Shown here one piece after another: positions 50,166 through 59,824 of a stretch of DNA of 64,000 nt. Numbering within the stretch: the first letter of the stretch is position 1; each line of letters starts with the position of its first letter. The stretch is from NCBI GenBank assembly GCA_963725685.1, contig CAVRYZ010000006.1, positions 10,684-74,683 of the forward strand. Direction: 5' to 3'. Source of the stretch: an uncultured Chloroflexia bacterium (GTDB lineage Bacteria; Chloroflexota; Anaerolineae; Anaerolineales; UBA4823). The translations under genes and the position numbers were made by a program. The notes under the pieces were generated by a model, which searched no databases, was not told the origin of the DNA, and saw only the letters and a list, made by a program, of their open reading frames with translations.

Positions 50166-50194
50166 ATTATACCCGATGGATGAGGTTTGGTCAA
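50166..50194 (-). promoter_or_regulatory. sigma70-type promoter for rpmH operon
   Basis: TTGACC-17 bp-TATAAT. Confidence 0.75.
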
Positions 50195-50205
50195 ACATCA
50201 ATTTC

Positions 50206-51565
50206 GAGAGTGTTGAAAAACAACTCCAATATTGACCCTTTTAGGAAAATGTGATTCAATCGGAGCATCTCAATCCCAACACTGAGAGGCAGCGATGGAA
50301 AAACAACGCTTTGTCGAAACCGGCGACCATTCCTTCTATGGTGAGTATGTCTATGACCAGATCATACCAACGGATCATTTTCTACGCAAGCTGCGTGCAC
50401 TTATCGACTGGGAGCGCTTCACGCGCAAGCTGATCCGCTTGTACAAGGGAGAAGGGATGGTTGGTCGCCCACCCTTTGACCCGGCGTTAGTGCTCAAGAT
50501 GGAACTGGTAGCCTATCTGTACAACCTTTCGGAACGCCAGGTGGAAGTCTATATCGATGAGAACTTGCCCGCCAAGTATTTTGTCGGCCTGGCGGTTGAT
50601 CAGAAAGCACCGGACCATTCCACACTGACGGTCTTTCGCGAGCGACTGCTCAAGCGCGGCAAGTTGAAGGTCTTCGAAGACATGCTGGAAGAGATTGTCC
50701 AAATCGCCCTGCAAGGGGGGGTTCGATTTGGTTCCATTCAGATCGTGGATAGCGTTCATAGTGTGGCGAACGTGAACACTGCCAAAGATAAGAAACGGCA
50801 GAACAAAGGCAAAGGGCCGCATGACCCAGATGCCCGTTGGGGTGTTAAACACAAACGCAAGGTCAAGAACGAAGCAGGTAAGGAAATCGAACAAACCGAA
50901 TACTTCTTCGGCTACAAAGCTCATGTCAGCTTGAATGCGCACTCAGGTTTCATCACCAGTCTGGAAGTTACTTCTGGGGAAGCCTGGGATGGGCACTATT
51001 TCTGCTCACTGGTTGATCATGACCTCACACAGCGGTTGCCGGTGAAGATTTATACGGCCGATAAAGGCTATGACGATGGCGGTAACCATTTCTATCTGGA
51101 ACATCGTAAGCTGAAGTCAGCCATTCGCCTGAAGGATAACCGCATCGAAAAGAAAGATGACAACAAAGAAGTCTGGATAGCCCTGCGTAATACGCCCCAT
51201 TATCAGCAGGGGTTGAAGGAACGCTACAAAATCGAGCGCAAATTTGGAGAAGGAAAACAGGGGCATAGCCTGGGGCGCTGCCGGTATATCGGCAGGGCGA
51301 AGTTTGCCGTGCAAGCCTTTTTCATCGCCATGGCACTCAATCTCAAACGGATGGTCAGAGTCTTGGCACATGTTGGCTTCAAGACCCGCTACGCACCTGC
51401 CGCCTAGCCCAGGGTGAATTGTCTCTCCAGACAGAAAGGAGCTCTAATGTTCCAATCAAAAGATCATTTTCGGAGCGTTGAAACCATCACCTGAGGCTGT
51501 TCTTCGGTAAAATGCCTGCCTATGAGCAGGGATTGTCAAGATTTTCTACCTATTTCAACACCCTC
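50206..51565 (+). mobile_element. insertion sequence (IS5/IS1182-like DDE), 1360 bp
   Basis: IRs GAGAGTGTTGAAAAA / TATTTCAACACCCTC; direct repeat AATTTC at 50200-50205 and 51566-51571. Confidence 0.9.
50295..51407 (+). CDS. DDE transposase
   Basis: GRPPFDP, PDHSTL..FR, IVDS, GYKAH, ADKGYD, R..IERKF. Confidence 0.95.
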   Translation: MEKQRFVETGDHSFYGEYVYDQIIPTDHFLRKLRALIDWERFTRKLIRLYKGEGMVGRPPFDPALVLKMELVAYLYNLSERQVEVYIDENLPAKYFVGLAVDQKAPDHSTLTVFRERLLKRGKLKVFEDMLEEIVQIALQGGVRFGSIQIVDSVHSVANVNTAKDKKRQNKGKGPHDPDARWGVKHKRKVKNEAGKEIEQTEYFFGYKAHVSLNAHSGFITSLEVTSGEAWDGHYFCSLVDHDLTQRLPVKIYTADKGYDDGGNHFYLEHRKLKSAIRLKDNRIEKKDDNKEVWIALRNTPHYQQGLKERYKIERKFGEGKQGHSLGRCRYIGRAKFAVQAFFIAMALNLKRMVRVLAHVGFKTRYAPAA

Positions 51566-52594
51566 AATTTCGGTGTGGTTATTGTTTGAAGTGGGCTTAA
51601 TACCCACTTTTTCTAGCACCCGTAATGAGATCATCCCAAATAACAAGGGGATCCAAAATGTGATCCCACGATAACTGAGCGTAATCACGGCTGCATCTTC
51701 AAGAGATATATACATTCGGGTGAGTGCCAGGGTAAGTGCGCCTTCCACTACTCCGATGCCTGCCGGGGTAGGTGAGATAATTACGAAAAGGTAGCCAATA
51801 CTGAAACAGGCGATGATCGTCCCGATGGAGATCGGTACTTTAAATGCCAGGAAAACGAGGGTTAGGATAAGGAGCAAAGCGGTTTTATTGGTAAAAGCCA
51901 GGAATAATGGCATGAGCATACTTTTAGGCTCACTGCGCATTTTGATCAATCCTTCGGCTGCGTCATGTGCAAACTCATGTGCACGGGCTTCGGATAAGTA
52001 ATCCCGGTGAATGAATGGACGCATCAGGCGATTGATAATACGGGATATTTTTGCCAGGGCATTTCCCAAGGCCAGCGCAGATTGAGATCCGAGGTTAAGC
52101 AAAAATCCGAACAACATTGCCAACCCCAACAGAGCGCATGAAGCAATGATCACGATAAGCGTTAGGTCATTTCTCCTGATCAAGACGATCAAACCGACCA
52201 GTAAAATCCCGATCAAGCCTAGATAATCGAAAAACAGGAAAAGCACGCCTCCAATCGCTGCCCGGGCAGGCGAGTAATTCCGGCGACGGGCTTCACTCAT
52301 AAAAATTGCCAGACCGCTTACTCCACCGGAAGGTGCCACGATATTCATGAAATTGCCTGCTGAAACGATCAGGGATAATGTCCCTAGCTGTTCTTCAATC
52401 CCTAAGGCACGGTATATCGCCCTGAATGAAGCTCCGCAGTTCAAGAACCAAAGGAACTCAACGATGAGGGCGAGTCCAATGAACCACCAGATACCGGTTT
52501 GTAATGTCTCGGCGATGCTTTGCAGTTCTGCGAGTTTTGCGACAACAAAGATAAATCCCAGGAACAATGCGATAGCGATGACGAATTTCCGCAT
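51536..52594 (-). CDS. lysylphosphatidylglycerol synthase TM / flippase-like membrane protein; last 9 codons derived from IS
   Basis: N..APSGG.SG, PTPAGIGVVE, YRGITFW; multiple TM helices. Confidence 0.85.
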   Translation of the reverse strand: MRKFVIAIALFLGFIFVVAKLAELQSIAETLQTGIWWFIGLALIVEFLWFLNCGASFRAIYRALGIEEQLGTLSLIVSAGNFMNIVAPSGGVSGLAIFMSEARRRNYSPARAAIGGVLFLFFDYLGLIGILLVGLIVLIRRNDLTLIVIIASCALLGLAMLFGFLLNLGSQSALALGNALAKISRIINRLMRPFIHRDYLSEARAHEFAHDAAEGLIKMRSEPKSMLMPLFLAFTNKTALLLILTLVFLAFKVPISIGTIIACFSIGYLFVIISPTPAGIGVVEGALTLALTRMYISLEDAAVITLSYRGITFWIPLLFGMISLRVLEKVGIKPTSNNNHTEIEGVEIGRKS

Positions 52595-52667
52595 AAGGTG
52601 GATTATACCAACCTTCGCAGGCGATTTTCGTCAGGTTCTATGTCAAAGTTTGGTAAACAAGCACAGC

Positions 52668-53363
52668 TTAGCGCCTACGCCCACCTAGACCCCCAATCAT
52701 GGAAACAAAATAAAGCAGCTGCATCACAGCAGTGACAAGGCCTGCTACATAAGTTAAGGCTGCAGCATTCAGGACGTGATTAACACCGCGCCTTTCATCT
52801 TCTCCGATGATCATGCCAGTATTGGTCAAGAGCGCTTTGGCGCGTGCTGAGGCATTGATTTCAACGGGGAGGGTTGCCAGGGCGAAAATAGCGCCACCGG
52901 AAAATACCAGCACACCTAACCAGGCAAGCTCTGTCAGTCGCAGCAGTAACCCGATGAAAATCAGGATCCAGCCCAGATAAGAACCGATGTTAACCGCTGG
53001 AACCATAGCAGCCCGCAAACGCAAAGGAAAGTAACCATCCCGATCTTGCATCGCATGACCGAGCTCATGGGCAGCAATGGCAAGTGAAGCCACCGATGAG
53101 CTATTGTATACACCTTCAGAGAGATGAAGCACTTTTTGACGGGGATCATAGTTATCGGTGAGATTGCCATGGATTGCATCGACATTCACATTCAATCCAC
53201 CTGCTGAAATCAGGCGTTCGGCTGCCTGTGAGCCGGTATAACGGCTGGTTGCCATCACCTGACCCCATTTCTTATACGCACTATTAACATATCCCTGAGC
53301 AATCAACATTAATATAAATGCCGGGATCATAAACAGCATGTAAGTTGGATCATAGAATAACAT
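52668..53363 (-). CDS. neutral zinc metallopeptidase (YugP-like membrane protein)
   Basis: LTDNYDP, AAHELGHA, LPVEINAS, AAALTYVA. Confidence 0.92.
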   Translation of the reverse strand: MLFYDPTYMLFMIPAFILMLIAQGYVNSAYKKWGQVMATSRYTGSQAAERLISAGGLNVNVDAIHGNLTDNYDPRQKVLHLSEGVYNSSSVASLAIAAHELGHAMQDRDGYFPLRLRAAMVPAVNIGSYLGWILIFIGLLLRLTELAWLGVLVFSGGAIFALATLPVEINASARAKALLTNTGMIIGEDERRGVNHVLNAAALTYVAGLVTAVMQLLYFVSMIGGLGGRRR

Positions 53364-53397
53364 AAACTACCTCCTACATTATTTATCCTCTCTATTT

Positions 53398-53423
53398 AAC
53401 GAAAATTCACGACACAGGTTGCA
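53398..53423 (-). promoter_or_regulatory. putative ECF promoter
   Basis: TGCAAC-N16-CGTT, same architecture as 9050-9075. Confidence 0.55.
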
Positions 53424-53432
53424 CCTTTCAGA

Positions 53433-54662
53433 TTAAGGTTGGGAAAGAATTTCGATAGCTCGATTTAATTGGCTGTCTATCCCAGCTTGAGTATCTGCAT
53501 CGGTAATTTCCACCTCGATATCAGGTGTCAAACCCGTATCGGTGACGTTACGAGCGTTGGGAGTAAGCCAGCGGGCAATCGTCACCCGAATTGCGCCTTC
53601 ATTATCCAGTAAATCGATCCAATTTTGAACGGTACCCTTTCCATATGTCGTCACACCCACCAGCTGTGCACGTCCACGATCTTGAAGTGCTCCAGCTACC
53701 AGCTCTGAAGCCGAGGCTGACCATTCATTTACCAGGACCACCATCGGGATCTTGGTTGCAATCCCCTTACCGGAAGCATTAAATGTATCACGGGTGCCAT
53801 CTGCATATTCTTCAAAAGCCACTACACCATTCGGCAGGAATTCTGATCCCACATCGATGGCAGCATCCAGGTATCCGCCAGAGTTAAACCGCAGGTCAAG
53901 GATCAGACCGGTCGGATTTTGAGCAAGCAGCTCGTCCAGGGCAGCATGCAGTTCTGCACCGGAGGTGTTACTGAACGCATTCAAGCGTACATACGCGATT
54001 TGATTATCCAGCATTTTGTATTCTGTGCTGGGGATGGATATCTGGGCTCGTGTAACGGTCACATCAAATGGTTGTTCCACTCCTTCCCGCAGGATCGTTA
54101 ATACCACCTGGGTATCTACTGGACCTAGCACTTTTTGGCGGGCAAGCTCAGCCAGTGTTCCGGTCATATCCACACCATCGATGGAAATGATCTGGTCGCC
54201 AGCTTTTAATCCAGCTGTCTCAGCGGGTGAGTCTTTCATGGGTTCAGTGATCGTCAGATATTGACCCTCGGTATTAACCCAGGCACCGATGCCGGAATAA
54301 CCTTCCAGAGGTGCGGTTGCATCACTATACTCGACAGGATTCATATATCCTGAGTGAGGGTCACCGAGGGAATCCATCATACCTCGGATGGCACCCTGCA
54401 TCATTTTCTCATCGTCCACAGGTTGCACCAGGTATTCGTCATGAACGATCTGCCAGGCTTCCCAAAATGGCTTAAACAACTCATCGGTGCTTATCGTAGG
54501 CGTAATAACCTCCGATGTGTTCGTACTGGCAAAGAATGGCAGCTTTAAAGATAAGCTATGGGTCAAATAACCACCCACAAATCCAAGCGTTAAAAAGCAT
54601 ACGAGTAATATGGCAAACCCGCAGCCTATGAGGATTTTATTATTGTTTCGGTTCGATTCCAT
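53433..54662 (-). CDS. S41 carboxy-terminal processing protease with PDZ domain
   Basis: DPHS, GIG, DLRFNSGG, SASASE, TYGKGTVQ. Confidence 0.93.
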   Translation of the reverse strand: MESNRNNNKILIGCGFAILLVCFLTLGFVGGYLTHSLSLKLPFFASTNTSEVITPTISTDELFKPFWEAWQIVHDEYLVQPVDDEKMMQGAIRGMMDSLGDPHSGYMNPVEYSDATAPLEGYSGIGAWVNTEGQYLTITEPMKDSPAETAGLKAGDQIISIDGVDMTGTLAELARQKVLGPVDTQVVLTILREGVEQPFDVTVTRAQISIPSTEYKMLDNQIAYVRLNAFSNTSGAELHAALDELLAQNPTGLILDLRFNSGGYLDAAIDVGSEFLPNGVVAFEEYADGTRDTFNASGKGIATKIPMVVLVNEWSASASELVAGALQDRGRAQLVGVTTYGKGTVQNWIDLLDNEGAIRVTIARWLTPNARNVTDTGLTPDIEVEITDADTQAGIDSQLNRAIEILSQP

Positions 54663-54732
54663 CGGATCTCCTGACGAAAAAACAGTATATTCTATTCGTG
54701 TCTAAAGATTATCATAATTGGGTGAGAAAGGG

Positions 54733-55527
54733 TTAATCCAGGTTGGCGAGGTAGCGGTTGAACGATTCCTGGTCGCTAACCCGTTCAGCATAGTCAAGGA
54801 TGGCTTCGGTATCCAGGGGATATATGGGATGGCAAGAGCTGGGCAGTGCCCCTTGAGGGGCATGCACCACCGCGTGAACACAAGGTGCCACCAGATCGGC
54901 TTTTTCCAGCTCAGGCACCAGCTCTTCCGCAGTGACGATCACCAGCTTGGATGCCACGCATAATTCGGCATCGACCCCCTTGTTATCCCCGATCAGAGCA
55001 TTTCCATCAAAATCGGCTGTTAAAGCGTGGATCACCGCAACATCGGGTCGTATGGCGGGGAAAGCCATCAGCTCCTCACCGGTATAAGGATCGACCACCG
55101 TGCGAACATCAGGCCGAAGACGGGGCAGGTCCGTTCCGATCCAACCGCGGCCTGGCATGAACCCGATGGATGCCATTTGGGCACGCAAGCCCATGGAAAT
55201 GCTGGTTTCTGTCTCCTCGATAATATCAATCTGACCCAAGTTGGCCAGCGCAGTGAACATAGGAGCGAACCCGAAAATTTCCAGGCCGAAATAACACGTC
55301 CGGACGTGAGAAACCAGACCGGCTCCAAGAAGAAGGTCACTTTCATAGCCAGCTGTAAATGCCAGTAATGTAAGCTCGCTTGGTTGGTTGGAGATTTGAT
55401 AATGTTTGATCAATGCGCGCACAAATGCGACTGGACGCCGGTAGAGCGTCATTCCACCCAAGGCGAGCATGTTGCCAGGATGGACGAGTTCAACCGCGGC
55501 TTCCATCGATATCTGTTTACTTTTCAT
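54733..55527 (-). CDS. CoA-transferase subunit A (glutaconate CoA-transferase-like)
   Basis: GTDL, DPYTGE...PAIRPDVAVIH..AD..GN, P.GA.PSSC; ATGA overlap with upstream gene. Confidence 0.85.
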   Translation of the reverse strand: MKSKQISMEAAVELVHPGNMLALGGMTLYRRPVAFVRALIKHYQISNQPSELTLLAFTAGYESDLLLGAGLVSHVRTCYFGLEIFGFAPMFTALANLGQIDIIEETETSISMGLRAQMASIGFMPGRGWIGTDLPRLRPDVRTVVDPYTGEELMAFPAIRPDVAVIHALTADFDGNALIGDNKGVDAELCVASKLVIVTAEELVPELEKADLVAPCVHAVVHAPQGALPSSCHPIYPLDTEAILDYAERVSDQESFNRYLANLD

Positions 55528-56189
55528 ATACTCACTGATTGTCGATCCTTCTCCCACAAATCTGGCATGCTGTCTTTCAGGTCGTGCAAACTGGAAATTG
55601 ATCGATCCACCTTTGGATCGGAGCCATTTTTACCCACCAGAATGGTATAAAAACCAAGCTCGCGTGCAGGGGCCAGGTTCCGTACCGAGTCGTCAAAGAT
55701 GGCACATTGGGTTGGATCATCATCACCCGCGATTTTCATCGCCCTTTGGTAAGCGGTAACATCAGGCTTACAAGCGAAATCGATTGCCCGGATGTCGATT
55801 ATCCCCTCGAAACATCCATCCAGACCAATTATCTTAAGCACCCGGTTGGCATGGTTATGATCTGAGTTGGTGAAAATCCAACGTCGCTGGGGCAAGCTGA
55901 GAATCAGAGTGCGTAAATTTGGATCTGGATGGATATACTTTTCAAGCGGGAGATCGTGAACGAAAGCCAAATACTCGTCCACATCTACGACATAATGAGC
56001 CTGTAAACCCCGTAATGTGGTGCCATACTGTTCGAGATACCTCTGGCGGAGGCTTACGATATCTGCAAGGGGTAGGTCGATAAACTTTTGCATGTAGATA
56101 TTCATGCGATCCCGGATTGCATCCCATAAGCCACTGCTGGCAGGGTAGAGCGTGTCATCGAGGTCAAAGTACAGGCTTTTAAACCGCAT
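55524..56189 (-). CDS. pyrimidine 5'-nucleotidase (HAD)
   Basis: FDLDDTLY, YGTTLRGL, FTNS, CKP, FDDS.RN. Confidence 0.9.
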   Translation of the reverse strand: MRFKSLYFDLDDTLYPASSGLWDAIRDRMNIYMQKFIDLPLADIVSLRQRYLEQYGTTLRGLQAHYVVDVDEYLAFVHDLPLEKYIHPDPNLRTLILSLPQRRWIFTNSDHNHANRVLKIIGLDGCFEGIIDIRAIDFACKPDVTAYQRAMKIAGDDDPTQCAIFDDSVRNLAPARELGFYTILVGKNGSDPKVDRSISSLHDLKDSMPDLWEKDRQSVSI

Positions 56190-56248
56190 GGGGGTTATTA
56201 TACGAGATATTGAAGGAAAAGCGTAATCCTTTGTTATATAATATCCGT

Positions 56249-58039
56249 GTGCCCATTCATCTGTTATCTCCCGAAGTAGCCTCACAAATCGCAGCCGGTG
56301 AAGTGGTTGAAAGACCTGCCTCAGTGGTCAAAGAGCTCTTAGAAAATGCCCTGGATGCGGGAGCTAAACAAATCACCATCCAGGTGCGTGAGGCGGGGAC
56401 GCGGTTGGTGGAAGTCGCAGATGATGGATGTGGAATCCCCGCCGATGAGATTCTGCTCTCGGTCGAACGCCATGCCACCAGCAAGCTGAGCTCCGCCGAT
56501 GATCTGTTCAAGATTGAAACACTGGGTTTCAGGGGTGAAGCCCTGGCATCGATCGGGTCGGTGGCTCACCTGACGATTACATCCCGCGTCGCAGGGTCAT
56601 CCACTGGATGCTGCCTGCGGATAGAAGCTGGTAAGGTGGGCAGGCTTGAAACGGTAGGTACACCGGTGGGTACGGTGGTTTCGGTTGAGGATCTATTTTA
56701 TAATGTTCCCGCCCGCCTGAAGTTCCTAAAACATCCCACTACTGAGCGCCGGCACATTGATGAGATGGTCACTCGATACGCACTCGCTTATCCGCATGTG
56801 CATTTTCGCCTGATTCAGGATGATCGACCTGCCTTGATGACCAGTGGAAATGGGAACCGGCGTGAAATCCTGGCGACTTTGTACGGGGTGGAAGTTGCCC
56901 GGCAGATGTTGGAAGTTCTAGCCGAGGAAGAAGATTTATCGGTTGCAGGTTATATCAGCCCAATCAGCCTCACTCGCTCGAACCGACGGGAGATCACCTT
57001 TTTTGTTAATGGGAGGCCCGTCCAAGACCCGGCGCTCGGGAGTGCATTAGTCCAGGCATATCACACATTGCTCATGGTTGGCAGATACCCTTTATCCATC
57101 CTTTTCTTGCAATTACCGCCCGAGATGGTGGATGTAAACGTCCATCCGACTAAGGCCGAGGTGCGTTTTAAAAATGCAGACCTCATCTTCCGAGGGGTTC
57201 AACGTGCTGTAAGAAGGGCGTTGCTGGCACACACCCCCGTCCCGTCGTTAGGTGGAAACCTCCATTGGATCGGTTCACAGGCTCATCAGGAATTTGGGCG
57301 CCAAATGGACCCCGCCTGGAAAATTTCTGCCGATCTGAAAGAACTTCCTGCCGGTGATAGCTTTCCTCAATCCGACTCTATCAGCTCAACACCAATGAAA
57401 CAACCCGGGTTGGCAGGTGCAGGCGTTCCCCTTTTGCGCCTGATCGGCCAGATTGCCTCAGCCTACCTGGTGGCTGAAGGACCGGACGGGCTTTACTTGA
57501 TTGATCAACATGCCGCACACGAAAGGGTGTTGTTCGAGAGTTTTATGGCCATGTGGATCGCGACGAACCAATCTCAAGATGGTTCAGTGAGAAGTAATAT
57601 TCCCGCACAGGTTTTGCTGCAGCCGGTCACGGTCGACCTGCCATCCAGCAGTGCACGTTTGATCGAAGAACAGCTTCCCATTCTGAATCGACTGGGATTT
57701 CAAGTGGAGCTCTTTGGGAAGGGCAGTTTCCTGGTGCGTTCCATCCCAACCCTGTTAGTCGGGATGGACCCGAGTGCAGCCCTGGCTGTCATTGTAGAAG
57801 ATTTCGAGGAAGATGAAACCCCACTGCAAGCCGAGACCGAAGCCAGGATCATCGCCCGGGTTTGTAAAAGGGCAGCTGTCAAAGCTGGCCAGGCACTCTC
57901 CGCGGAGGAACAGAAGGCATTATTGAATGATCTTGAAGCCTGCCAATCTCCTCGCACCTGTCCGCATGGCCGACCAACCATGATCCACCTCTCGGTAGAC
58001 CTACTCGAGCGTCAATTCGGGCGTAGAGGAGCAAGGTGA
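56249..58039 (+). CDS. mutL: DNA mismatch repair protein MutL
   Basis: IAAGEVVERP, GFRGEAL, DVNVHP, DQHAAHER, CPHGRP. Confidence 0.97.
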   Translation: MPIHLLSPEVASQIAAGEVVERPASVVKELLENALDAGAKQITIQVREAGTRLVEVADDGCGIPADEILLSVERHATSKLSSADDLFKIETLGFRGEALASIGSVAHLTITSRVAGSSTGCCLRIEAGKVGRLETVGTPVGTVVSVEDLFYNVPARLKFLKHPTTERRHIDEMVTRYALAYPHVHFRLIQDDRPALMTSGNGNRREILATLYGVEVARQMLEVLAEEEDLSVAGYISPISLTRSNRREITFFVNGRPVQDPALGSALVQAYHTLLMVGRYPLSILFLQLPPEMVDVNVHPTKAEVRFKNADLIFRGVQRAVRRALLAHTPVPSLGGNLHWIGSQAHQEFGRQMDPAWKISADLKELPAGDSFPQSDSISSTPMKQPGLAGAGVPLLRLIGQIASAYLVAEGPDGLYLIDQHAAHERVLFESFMAMWIATNQSQDGSVRSNIPAQVLLQPVTVDLPSSSARLIEEQLPILNRLGFQVELFGKGSFLVRSIPTLLVGMDPSAALAVIVEDFEEDETPLQAETEARIIARVCKRAAVKAGQALSAEEQKALLNDLEACQSPRTCPHGRPTMIHLSVDLLERQFGRRGAR

Positions 58040-58055
58040 TCAGGGATTGAATTCA

Positions 58056-59012
58056 ATGCGTGCTTTATGGCTTGAAAATCAAATACTTAAATATAAAGGC
58101 GATGTACCCATACCTCATCCGACTGACACAGAAGCCTTGATCCAGGTTAGATTGGCAGGCGTGTGCAGCACCGACCTTGAGCTGGTGAAAGGATATTATC
58201 CATTTTCAGGTATCCCCGGGCACGAGTTCGTCGGGGAGGTGGTTGAGGCACCCGGTGCTCCATCTTGGGTGGGAAAAAGGGTAGTCGGGGAGATCAATAT
58301 TGCCTGTGGTGAGTGTGAAACCTGCAGGTCAGGCCTCATTCGCCACTGCGAAAGGCGAAAAACCCTTGGAATCCATGATTGGAATGGAGTTTTCGCTGAA
58401 TTCCTGGTTTTACCCCTGGTTAATCTTCACCAAGTTCCTGACCAAGTTCCCGATCGATCGGCCGTTTTTACCGAGCCCCTGGCAGCATCTTGTGAAATTC
58501 TTGAGCAAATCCAACTGACTCCTGAAGATAGAGTGTTGGTCATTGGGGCAGGGCGGTTAGGGCAGCTGGTAGCGCAGGTCTTACAGTCAACAGGTTGCCA
58601 GCTTGAGGTGTTAGCACGCCATAGGAAGCCGCGTGAGCTGCTGGCAAAACGGAACATCCATGTAATTAACGACCAGGATCTGGGGAATATAAAGTATGCT
58701 GTGGTGGTCGAAGCGACTGGCTCACCAGATGGATTTTCATTAGCCAGGCAATCTATCCGCCCATGCGGGACGATCATCCTGAAAAGCACCTATACTGGGA
58801 ACCTGGAGCTGAACTTTTCAGCGCTTGTGGTGGATGAAGTTACCCTGATCGGATCGCGCTGCGGACCCTTCGAGCCAGCCCTAAAACTACTGGCAGAAGG
58901 CAAGGTGAACCCTGAGCCGTTGATCGAGGCGGTCTATCCATTGGAACAAGGCCAGGTGGCTTTTGTAAAAGCTGCCATGCCAGGGGTTCTGAAAGTCCTT
59001 CTTCAGCCCTGA
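58056..59012 (+). CDS. zinc-dependent alcohol dehydrogenase family protein
   Basis: CSTD, GHEFVG, C..C..C...C, GAGRLG. Confidence 0.92.
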   Translation: MRALWLENQILKYKGDVPIPHPTDTEALIQVRLAGVCSTDLELVKGYYPFSGIPGHEFVGEVVEAPGAPSWVGKRVVGEINIACGECETCRSGLIRHCERRKTLGIHDWNGVFAEFLVLPLVNLHQVPDQVPDRSAVFTEPLAASCEILEQIQLTPEDRVLVIGAGRLGQLVAQVLQSTGCQLEVLARHRKPRELLAKRNIHVINDQDLGNIKYAVVVEATGSPDGFSLARQSIRPCGTIILKSTYTGNLELNFSALVVDEVTLIGSRCGPFEPALKLLAEGKVNPEPLIEAVYPLEQGQVAFVKAAMPGVLKVLLQP

Positions 59013-59047
59013 TAATTTCTTCCCCAGCAATTACGGGCTACGATTGA

Positions 59048-59824
59048 CTACGGCTTTAGTACTTCATCCGTAATCTGCGGCAATATCTCGGTCACATCAG
59101 CCTGGATGACTACATCTGCCCTTACGTCCATAAAAGTATCGGCATTGTTGAGGATGATCAGATGTGCCCCATGGTCCATTGCTTGGACGGGTAGTTTGGC
59201 CGATGGCATGACCTCCAGGGATGTTCCAATCACCAAAAATAATTCACAATCCCTACAAGCTTCTTCAGCTTTTATCCAGGTTTTTACAGGTAATTGTTCC
59301 TCGTAAAGAATGACATCTGGTTTCAGGATGCCCCCACACACCTGGCAGTGGGGTATGGCACAATGATTGATATATTCATCCATGATGATTGAGGCTGATA
59401 TTTGGCGGTAACAATTGGTGCAGCTCAATGTATACATTGTGCCGTGCACTTCGAGCACATTGGCAGCGCCTGCCCGTGAATGCAATCCGTCGATATTTTG
59501 GGTAATGATGGTGGATAAATATCCCGCAGTTTGAAGTCTTACCAGAGCCAGGTGGGCAGGATTCGGCCTGGCATTGACCACCTTGACTGCCATTGGGTGG
59601 AACCAATTGTAGAATTGCTCAGGATCATGCCGAAATGCAGTTAATGAAGCCACCTGCATGGGTTCTACTTGCGTCCAGATACCTGTACCTGGGCTGCGAA
59701 AATCTGGGATCCCGGAATTCGTTGAGATACCCGCGCCAGTGAGCACGACTGTGTTATGCGATTGTTTGATTAAGTTTGAGGCAAGATTAATATTATGGAT
59801 GATCTCGGCAGAATGACTGCTCAT
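59048..59824 (-). CDS. cobB: Sir2-family NAD-dependent deacylase
   Basis: GAGIS..SGIPDFR, TQNIDGLH, HG, CxxC pairs, GTSL. Confidence 0.92.
   Translation of the reverse strand: MSSHSAEIIHNINLASNLIKQSHNTVVLTGAGISTNSGIPDFRSPGTGIWTQVEPMQVASLTAFRHDPEQFYNWFHPMAVKVVNARPNPAHLALVRLQTAGYLSTIITQNIDGLHSRAGAANVLEVHGTMYTLSCTNCYRQISASIIMDEYINHCAIPHCQVCGGILKPDVILYEEQLPVKTWIKAEEACRDCELFLVIGTSLEVMPSAKLPVQAMDHGAHLIILNNADTFMDVRADVVIQADVTEILPQITDEVLKP

Noticed and set aside
50161-50169. DnaA box-like TGTGGATTA upstream of rpmH
   Set aside because: Single imperfect copy overlapping the -10 hexamer; no cluster of boxes
49973-50194. 73-aa ORF in track
   Set aside because: Wrong frame; the real gene is rpmH at 49935-50111
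59048-59824. Sir2 anti-phage defence effector
   Set aside because: Canonical zinc-binding CobB-type deacylase with no defence partner genes
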